Shown here one piece after another: positions 57,790-64,000 of a DNA stretch of 64,000 nt. Position 1 is the stretch's first letter, and every line of letters begins with the position of its first letter. This DNA comes from Candidatus Vogelbacteria bacterium RIFOXYD1_FULL_44_32 (GTDB lineage: Bacteria; Patescibacteriota; Minisyncoccia; Phycocordibacterales; XYD1-FULL-46-19). Position numbers and translations under genes: made by a program. The notes beneath the pieces were generated by a model that worked only from the letters and a program-made list of their open reading frames with translations, was not told the DNA's origin and did no database searches. The stretch is taken from contig MHTJ01000003.1 of assembly GCA_001823065.1 (NCBI GenBank), forward strand, positions 9,844-73,843, read 5' to 3'.

Positions 57790-58881
57790 TTGAAATTTGA
57801 CAACGAAGGCCAACGAATCTCTCAAAAAACTGGAGCCAGTGCTAAACTATATATTAGCCCCAACTACGATTTGACTGGTTCGGTCATTGATAAACACATC
57901 TACGCTGGTGACCAGTTGGTTGCCACCCTGCGTACCCAAAACGGCACCACTAGCTCTTATTACACCCACTCTGACCACTTGTCTGGCACTAGTCTGGTGA
58001 CTGACCAAAATAGTGTGATTACTGAACTAATCGACTATTACCCCTACGGCGATATTCGCCTAGACCAAAAAACCTCCACCTACAATGAAAGCAAGAAATA
58101 TATTGGTCAGGAGTATGATGAGGCTACTGGTCTTTCTTATATGAATGCCCGTTATCAAAATGGAAAAACAAGTCGATTTTTGAGCCAGGATCCTGTGTTT
58201 TGGGAAATCGGAAATGAGGGAGAGATCAAGCAGAAGACGGGGCTCGGTCTACAAGAACTCCTAGCTGATCCTCAGCAATTTAACAGCTATTCTTACGCTC
58301 GGAACAATCCGATTACATATAAAGATCCAACAGGTAATCTTACTTGGGGGGCTCTCTTAAATCATCCTATTGGTAGCATACAAAGTGCGACAAATTGGGG
58401 ATTATTTTCTCTCGGCGGAAACATTATGAATAAACCATTTGCAGCCTCTCTTTTGAGACATTCAGCTTCCCTTAATCCTTCTGCAGAACTTAATATAGAT
58501 TCTGGTAATCAAAAGCAATATGGAAATCCAGTTGACCAAGTAATGCAGACAGATCAGTACAAGAACTACATTAAAGATACAATCCAGAGAGCGGAGAGCG
58601 GTAAGATGAAAAACTCAACTCACTTTGAGTTTGAAAATAGAAGTGATTTGTACTACGCCTTACATGGTGCAAATATTGAATCACAAATTACTCAAGAAAA
58701 TGGGGAATGGGTAGTAAATAGCACTGTGTCAGATAAATATGATTTTAATAAACCTAATCCTCAAACAGAGAAGGGTAGAGTAATTAAAATTCCTGCAAGT
58801 AATGCTTATAAAGCTCAAAGTAAGGGTATCCTAAGTAACTATAATGTAAAGATTAAAATTAGTGATAGAATTAAAAAATAA
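57790..58881 (+). CDS. orphan RHS C-terminal fragment (rhs core remnant plus alternative toxin domain CT2), TTG start
   Basis: 57796-58020 is ~90% identical at the DNA level to 56086-56310 of the main rhs gene. It retains DPQQFNSYSYARNNPITYKDPTG and then a novel ~185-aa C-terminus. Confidence 0.8.
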   Translation: MKFDNEGQRISQKTGASAKLYISPNYDLTGSVIDKHIYAGDQLVATLRTQNGTTSSYYTHSDHLSGTSLVTDQNSVITELIDYYPYGDIRLDQKTSTYNESKKYIGQEYDEATGLSYMNARYQNGKTSRFLSQDPVFWEIGNEGEIKQKTGLGLQELLADPQQFNSYSYARNNPITYKDPTGNLTWGALLNHPIGSIQSATNWGLFSLGGNIMNKPFAASLLRHSASLNPSAELNIDSGNQKQYGNPVDQVMQTDQYKNYIKDTIQRAESGKMKNSTHFEFENRSDLYYALHGANIESQITQENGEWVVNSTVSDKYDFNKPNPQTEKGRVIKIPASNAYKAQSKGILSNYNVKIKISDRIKK

Positions 58882-58886
58882 ATATC

Positions 58887-59396
58887 ATGAAGAGAAAACT
58901 GCTAATTATTGTAACTAGTGTCACATTAATTATTTTGGGTGGTGCCATGTTTCTGTACTACTTTTGGTTTGTTGCTCCAGAAAAAAAGATTGCATTGGAG
59001 TGTCAAAATTTTGTTCCAAGTTGGTTGGATTTTATTGAATGTTCAGGAGTAGTTGCTATCAATGATGGGTGGGATATGGATTATATTTCACTCAAGGATC
59101 ATGTTCATGACTATGAAATTGCACGTGTCTATGATCAGAAGCAATACTTGTTTGTTGAGAATAAGCTATTTGTAATCAATCAAAAGTATATTGAAAATAG
59201 TGCCTCAGATAACGTTGAGGTTACTTATTATCATAAGTTGTTCCAAAATGGAAAATTGATTGAGAACTCTTACGGTAGTATTTCTGATATCCCGACCTAT
59301 TTAATTGTCGACACTAAAACGGGGGAAGTAAAAGCATATAAAGATCTGATGGAAGCTTCTGAAGCAGAAAAGAAGTATTTTTCTGAAATAGAATAA
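58887..59396 (+). CDS. putative immunity protein for CT2 (N-terminal TM helix)
   Basis: Immediately follows the orphan CT2 with a 5-nt gap. Confidence 0.5.
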   Translation: MKRKLLIIVTSVTLIILGGAMFLYYFWFVAPEKKIALECQNFVPSWLDFIECSGVVAINDGWDMDYISLKDHVHDYEIARVYDQKQYLFVENKLFVINQKYIENSASDNVEVTYYHKLFQNGKLIENSYGSISDIPTYLIVDTKTGEVKAYKDLMEASEAEKKYFSEIE

Positions 59397-59408
59397 ATAT
59401 CTCTACAA

Positions 59409-59723
59409 ATGCCTCAGGTAATACCATTAGAAATATTGAATAATTGTGTCGTAAATTTAAGACAAGAAACTAGCGCTGGTGATTTTAAGGTGGGAACAGG
59501 AATTCTTATTGGAAAAGATAACAAACTTTTACTCCTTACAGCTGAACATGTCGCACGGGATATGAAGAATGATGAGAAGCTTATCTTAAGAGTTGATAAT
59601 AATTTACCAATAAGCTTAGAAATTATTCAAGTTTGTAAGTTAGATAATTCAGGAAATATACCATATATAATGGTTCAAATGATCATGCTAAAAGATATGG
59701 AGAAAGAATTAATGCTCAATTGA
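59409..59723 (+). CDS. short protein resembling the N-terminal fragment of a trypsin-like serine peptidase (GTGILIG...LLLTAEHVA)
   Basis: The catalytic-His-like motif TAEHV is present but the ORF is only 104 aa. It may be a gene remnant. Confidence 0.3.
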   Translation: MPQVIPLEILNNCVVNLRQETSAGDFKVGTGILIGKDNKLLLLTAEHVARDMKNDEKLILRVDNNLPISLEIIQVCKLDNSGNIPYIMVQMIMLKDMEKELMLN

Positions 59724-59804
59724 ATAACCCAAACTATAATAAGAACATCGTTGCTAATCAATTGAAAAAATTTATTAAATCATTTAATAAATCAAAGTAA
59801 AAAT

Positions 59805-60143
59805 ATGAAAAATAAAGCGGTTAAAAATCTATATTTAATAACAGGATTATTTTCAATCGTTCCTTTCTTTATTTATTACTGGGAAGCGATGCGTGGGAGG
59901 TTGCCAGATCCAGATGTATGGTTTATGGATTCCAATCACGGTCCTTGGAGATATGAATTACAGGGATTTCTAGTCCTTAATCCGATCCTGTTATTGCTAC
60001 TTATCACAGGAATATTATTCTTGAAGAACGTATTTAAGCTTAAAGAAAATAAAGATGCTGCATTTTATTTGGGATCTTTGATTGTCATTCAAATTCTAGT
60101 TCTTTTACTACAGCTTTTTGTGATGGGATGGACTATAGATTAG
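59805..60143 (+). CDS. small membrane protein (3 TM)
   Basis: A hydrophobic ORF within the cassette array. Confidence 0.4.
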   Translation: MKNKAVKNLYLITGLFSIVPFFIYYWEAMRGRLPDPDVWFMDSNHGPWRYELQGFLVLNPILLLLLITGILFLKNVFKLKENKDAAFYLGSLIVIQILVLLLQLFVMGWTID

Positions 60144-60822
60144 TCCCATTAAAGACATTTAAATCAACGTTCCCTTTTATTCCATCAATACTCCCTCTGG
60201 GATTATATTGCCAAATTTCCCAATCACCGATTTTTTTTGTATCAGGTTTTGAAAAAATATCTCTTATCCATATCTTTTCTTTCTCAAATTCTGGGTAGAG
60301 ATAATCTTCATAAAACTCGTAAGTAGTATAAAGAATTGGCTGTTTATTATAGTGACTCGAAATAACTCTTAGGTAGATTCTAAGTCCATTTACAAATTCC
60401 TCTTTTGGGGGTCTTTTTTTACTGTTACCGACATATTCCAGATCGACAACTGGTGGAAGCTGATACTTATCTAGTGGTACAGTTTTGATAAAATTTTCTG
60501 CTTGGATCTTGCCAGAGTGGGCTAAGGAATAGAAGTGGTACGCTCCAGTCGGAATATTATTTTTTATTGCATTATTCCAATTGAACATAAATTTAGCATC
60601 TCTTAAGTCATTAGCTTCTGTAGCTTTTATGTAAGCAAACCCTACGTCATCTTTTGAGACAGCTTGCCAATCAATGTCTCCCTGATAGTGTGATACGTCT
60701 ATACCCCTTATAGGGTATTTACTTCGATCCGGGTTGACTAGCCAAATCTTTCCCTGAATAAATAAAAAAAGTGATATGACAAATGCCAACAACAAAAAAA
60801 ATAGGAGTAATTTTTTACACAT
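60133..60822 (-). CDS. secreted GH25-family lysozyme (muramidase)
   Basis: It has a signal peptide. Motifs GIDVSHYQGDIDWQAV, GFAYIKATE and GAYHF form the GH25 signature. Confidence 0.8.
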   Translation of the reverse strand: MCKKLLLFFLLLAFVISLFLFIQGKIWLVNPDRSKYPIRGIDVSHYQGDIDWQAVSKDDVGFAYIKATEANDLRDAKFMFNWNNAIKNNIPTGAYHFYSLAHSGKIQAENFIKTVPLDKYQLPPVVDLEYVGNSKKRPPKEEFVNGLRIYLRVISSHYNKQPILYTTYEFYEDYLYPEFEKEKIWIRDIFSKPDTKKIGDWEIWQYNPRGSIDGIKGNVDLNVFNGTNL

Positions 60823-60851
60823 CGTCTATATGTTAATATTAAAAGCAAAAT

Positions 60852-61793
60852 ATGAAAAGCCCCTATTACACCCACTCTGACCACTTGTCTGGCACTAGTC
60901 TGGTAACTGACCAAAGCAGTGTGATTACTGAACTAATCGACTATTACCCATACGGCGATATTCGCCTAGACCAAAAAACCTCCACCTACAATGAAAGCAA
61001 GAAATATATTGGTCAGGAGTATGATGAGGCTACTGGTCTTTCTTATATGAATGCCCGTTATCAAAATGGAAAAATCGGGCGGTTTTTGAGTCAGGATCCA
61101 GTATTTTGGGAGGTAGGACAAACCGATGAAGGTAAAGCCTCCCTAATGAATCCGCAAGCGCAAAATAGCTACAGCTATGCGGGTAATAATCCTATAACTA
61201 ACAAAGATCCGAGTGGACGTTTCTGGTGGGTTGGGTTCTATGATTGGAGCGGTTATGAGGGAATGAGTGGTGTGGCTATGAAAGCGGGTGAGGTCTTAGG
61301 AGGTCACTCGCGTGCTATGAATGCTATTCAACAGAATCAGAGCACGATTAATTCAGCGAGTTCAAAATACGGTGTCGATCCGGCCTTAACTAGTGCAATC
61401 ATAAGGGAAGAGCAATCACATCTTCTGCCTGGCGAAGGAATGAAAGATGCCGCGTTCCCAGACTCTCAACTGGCGGGATATGATGGAGGTGTGGGTATTA
61501 TGCAGGTAAGCGGTCGTGTAGGAAAAGACTTCGGTGGCTACACAAAAGCCGAGCTTGCTCGAAATCCTCAGAAGAATATTGATTCAGGGACGGCGTACTT
61601 GGAAAATATAAGTAGCTCTAGAAATACGACTAATCCTGCCACTATTGGAACAGCGTATAATGGCGCAGGCGCATACGGACAACGCATCCAATCACAGATG
61701 AATAATCCAAATTACAATACAAACGTTGTAGTTTATGGACTTCAGAAACTTGTTAAATCATTAAATTCTTATGTTAAAAGTCTTAAAAAATAA
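60852..61793 (+). CDS. second orphan RHS C-terminal fragment with lytic-transglycosylase (SLT)-like toxin domain (CT3)
   Basis: 60862-61110 is ~97% identical to 57957-58205. After NPITNKDPSG it carries AIIREEQSHL...GGVGIMQVSG...TAYL...AYNGAGAYG (E...GxMQ...AYNxG, SLT family 1-like). Confidence 0.75.
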   Translation: MKSPYYTHSDHLSGTSLVTDQSSVITELIDYYPYGDIRLDQKTSTYNESKKYIGQEYDEATGLSYMNARYQNGKIGRFLSQDPVFWEVGQTDEGKASLMNPQAQNSYSYAGNNPITNKDPSGRFWWVGFYDWSGYEGMSGVAMKAGEVLGGHSRAMNAIQQNQSTINSASSKYGVDPALTSAIIREEQSHLLPGEGMKDAAFPDSQLAGYDGGVGIMQVSGRVGKDFGGYTKAELARNPQKNIDSGTAYLENISSSRNTTNPATIGTAYNGAGAYGQRIQSQMNNPNYNTNVVVYGLQKLVKSLNSYVKSLKK

Positions 61794-61799
61794 AATGTC

Positions 61800-62285
61800 A
61801 TGAAAAGAAATACTTTAATTTTGTTAGGGATTCTTGGCTCAGTTGTTCTAGTAATTGCCTTATATGTAGGAGGCTTCATCTGGATTGTGCCGAAGATGCA
61901 CGATGAAACCCTAACTAAGTTCTCAAACCAAATCTTTTCTGTGCAATTACCCGCTGATACTACCCAGGTCGATTCAATAAGTGTAATTGGCCAGCAATTT
62001 GCGAATGGAAATCATTGTGATTATCTGGCGGCGAGGTTGCTTGAGACATCGCTCCAAAAAGAAAAGCTAGAAAATGACTTTGAAGAGAACTACCAAGGAA
62101 CATCAAAACTACAATTTATCTGGCTGGATGAAAGTAATGCCTACACTGATGACATCTTTGACTCTTCAAAGATTTACTCATTGGATGATTGGCTAGACCA
62201 ACACGCACAAACTTCAAAAGCTGATGTAGTTGTCTATCTTTTTGAAGGCCATATGACATCATCATTTGATTATCGTTGTCGCTAG
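61800..62285 (+). CDS. putative immunity protein for CT3 (N-terminal TM anchor)
   Basis: Lies 6 nt downstream of CT3. Confidence 0.5.
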   Translation: MKRNTLILLGILGSVVLVIALYVGGFIWIVPKMHDETLTKFSNQIFSVQLPADTTQVDSISVIGQQFANGNHCDYLAARLLETSLQKEKLENDFEENYQGTSKLQFIWLDESNAYTDDIFDSSKIYSLDDWLDQHAQTSKADVVVYLFEGHMTSSFDYRCR

Positions 62286-62451
62286 GTAGCTGTCGTATTC
62301 ACCTCTACTTATCACTGCAGTTGAAGCATATGGTCTTCTTTCTATCTTTACTGAGAGGGTAAGGTTGATGAGGTAGGAGCTTACTTTGAGTAATTCTTTA
62401 TCTCGGTTGGTCTATATTGATTTTTTGTAGGATCTAGTAATGTGACTTTAT

Positions 62452-62649
62452 ATGAAAAATAACATTACTATAAAGTTGTTGATTGTAGGTATAATAATGC
62501 TTCTTTGTTATGTTGCTGGTTTGTTTGTGTATGATGTAGTATCCGATCGCGACCCAGTAGTAAAATATGTCTCTAATTCGCGCGAATCAGGGAATATAAA
62601 AAAGTGGGTGGATGATGGGTGGATTAAGGCGGGGCGGACAATTTTATAA
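62452..62649 (+). CDS. small membrane protein (65 aa)
   Basis: Has a single TM helix. Support is weak. Confidence 0.3.
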   Translation: MKNNITIKLLIVGIIMLLCYVAGLFVYDVVSDRDPVVKYVSNSRESGNIKKWVDDGWIKAGRTIL

Positions 62650-62699
62650 ATATGAAATGGACAAATGACATTTTAGGGAGGGCTTGGTAGGATTGGGAG

Positions 62700-63509
62700 A
62701 TGAGAAATATTTTGTTGGTTGGTGGCGGTTTAATTTTACTGACCATATTGGTTTCTTTTGTATTATCCGCAGGGGTGGAGACGGGAGTTCAATCTAAGAC
62801 CGTAGCGATATTAGCGACTAGTACGGCAAAAATAGCGATTGAGGCGACATCAACTGGCCCTGCGTTTTTAGTAGTGCCGAAAGTATTAAACAGCTATCAA
62901 GTGGTAAAAGTAGTGGATGGGGACACGGTAGTGGTAAATATAAATGGCAAGACAGAAACTTTGCGCCTGATTGGGATAAATACGCCTGAGACAGTGGACC
63001 CGCGGAAAGCGGTGGAATGTTTTGGTAAAGAAGCCTCGGCCAAAGCCAAAAGTCTGCTTGCTGGGCAAACGGTACGGCTAGAAGCCGACCCAAGCCAAGG
63101 TGAACGGGATAAATATAACCGGTTGTTGTGCTATGTTTTTTTAGCTGACGGGACTAATTTTAATAAACTAATGATAAGCCAGGGCTTTGCTTACGAGTAC
63201 ACCTACAACTTGCCCTACAAATATCAGGCGGAATTTAAATTAGCGGAAAGGGAAGCGCGTGAACTAAAAAAAGGTTTGTGGGCTGATGGGGTGTGCGAAG
63301 ATAAAATCGTGACCAAAGAGACCCCCGCCGCGCAAAGCGCGGCGGGGGTGGGGGAAAATTATATTTGTGACCGCAATGTTTATAATTGCACAAACTTTAA
63401 GACTCAAACTGAAGCTCAATCAGTTTTTACAGCTTGTGGTGGTCCAATGGCTGACCCCCACAAATTGGACAGTGATGGCGATGGGGTGGTGTGCGAGAGT
63501 TTAAAATAA
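62700..63509 (+). CDS. secreted thermonuclease (SNase-family) with C-terminal Excalibur calcium-binding domain
   Basis: N-terminal TM/signal segment. The SNase core reads [29 protein letters not shown]...[13 protein letters not shown]. The C-terminal [10 protein letters not shown] is the Excalibur motif. Confidence 0.85.
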   Translation: MRNILLVGGGLILLTILVSFVLSAGVETGVQSKTVAILATSTAKIAIEATSTGPAFLVVPKVLNSYQVVKVVDGDTVVVNINGKTETLRLIGINTPETVDPRKAVECFGKEASAKAKSLLAGQTVRLEADPSQGERDKYNRLLCYVFLADGTNFNKLMISQGFAYEYTYNLPYKYQAEFKLAEREARELKKGLWADGVCEDKIVTKETPAAQSAAGVGENYICDRNVYNCTNFKTQTEAQSVFTACGGPMADPHKLDSDGDGVVCESLK

Positions 63510-63602
63510 AAAGTGGACAGAGAGATTTTATTGTTGTAGTAATAGAACAGATAAATAAGTCACCAGTGATTAAACCGCAAAGAAAAACAGAAGGGAAAAA
63601 CA

Positions 63603-63875
63603 ATGGGCAGTTTGTCGCGCCAACCAAATTCCAATGAGTCAACGCCAGCCCCAATGACCAATCCGTGGGCCCCAGCTGACACAATGTTTGCGCTCTTGAG
63701 CAAGGGGGCAGTGCGTTGTTGCGTATGTTATCGGCCCACAGCCAAAGAACATGTGACTGTCAAAGGTGAACACGTGTTTTGCCCCGATCATTGTGACGAA
63801 GAGTGTTGCGAGCCTGCTGAATTTGATCACCACTACAATGTGAAAGGCTATTTGGACTATCATTCTAGTCGGTGA
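63603..63875 (+). CDS. small Cys-rich hypothetical protein
   Basis: It contains 8 Cys in 90 aa (CCVCY...CPDHCDEECCEP) and is followed by a strong terminator at 63899-63933. Confidence 0.4.
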   Translation: MGSLSRQPNSNESTPAPMTNPWAPADTMFALLSKGAVRCCVCYRPTAKEHVTVKGEHVFCPDHCDEECCEPAEFDHHYNVKGYLDYHSSR

Positions 63876-63898
63876 GGAGAATATTCCGGAGTTAGTTG

Positions 63899-63933
63899 CC
63901 GTGAGTCCCAGCTGGGACTCACGGCATTTTTTC
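63899..63933 (+). terminator. intrinsic terminator (GCCGTGAGTCCCA-GC-TGGGACTCACGGC + ATTTTTT)
   Basis: A 13-bp perfect stem followed by a T-run. Confidence 0.7.
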
Positions 63934-64000
63934 TAGACAAAAAATTAAATATATTGTAGAAGTATGGGTGGAAAAAACCGCTAAGCGGAAGGAGATTGAA

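Overview
The window is a low-GC (~40%) bacterial chromosome segment with weak or absent Shine-Dalgarno sites, many overlapping start/stop codons and very dense coding. It plausibly comes from an uncultivated small-genome lineage (CPR/Patescibacteria-like), but this is an inference from composition only. Three blocks are visible.

(1) 0.7-34.3 kb is a very large cell-surface glycan biosynthesis locus. It contains ten or more GT4/GT2 glycosyltransferases, at least six SAM-dependent methyltransferases (including FkbM and TylF types), WecB, a DegT aminotransferase, WbqC, a PIG-L deacetylase, AsnB, a GtrA-like protein, a Wzx flippase, an O-antigen-ligase-TPR fusion, and an opposite-strand module of split E1 alpha/beta (transketolase-like), a Zn alcohol dehydrogenase and an SDR oxidoreductase. 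It is interrupted by a ~0.7 kb GC-rich (~60%) single-gene island.

(2) 34.3-38.5 kb holds secA. It is flanked by extremely AT-rich intergenic DNA containing perfect DnaA boxes, a 45-nt perfect palindrome, a candidate small RNA between two terminators, and an unannotated 36-aa Lys/Ala-rich basic protein gene.

(3) 38.5-63.9 kb is an envelope-attack / surface arsenal. It encodes a 2457-aa repetitive fibre-like protein and a second GC-rich island carrying a Planctomycete-type DUF1559 prepilin-like gene. Next come an NYN-domain gene bracketed by 41-bp direct repeats and a 725-aa acidic repeat protein with a peptidoglycan-binding domain. The centrepiece is a 1968-aa SpvB / FG-GAP / RHS (Tc-toxin B-C-like fusion) polymorphic toxin. 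Its C-terminal tip carries LysM plus an unknown toxin domain. It is followed by an orphan rhs-CT / immunity cassette array, one CT of which is lytic-transglycosylase-like. A GH25 muramidase and a secreted thermonuclease-Excalibur nuclease complete the block.

The most likely 'undescribed system' is this TcA-less Tc/RHS-like peptidoglycan-targeting toxin locus, with its displaced CT/immunity modules and accessory cell-wall hydrolases.
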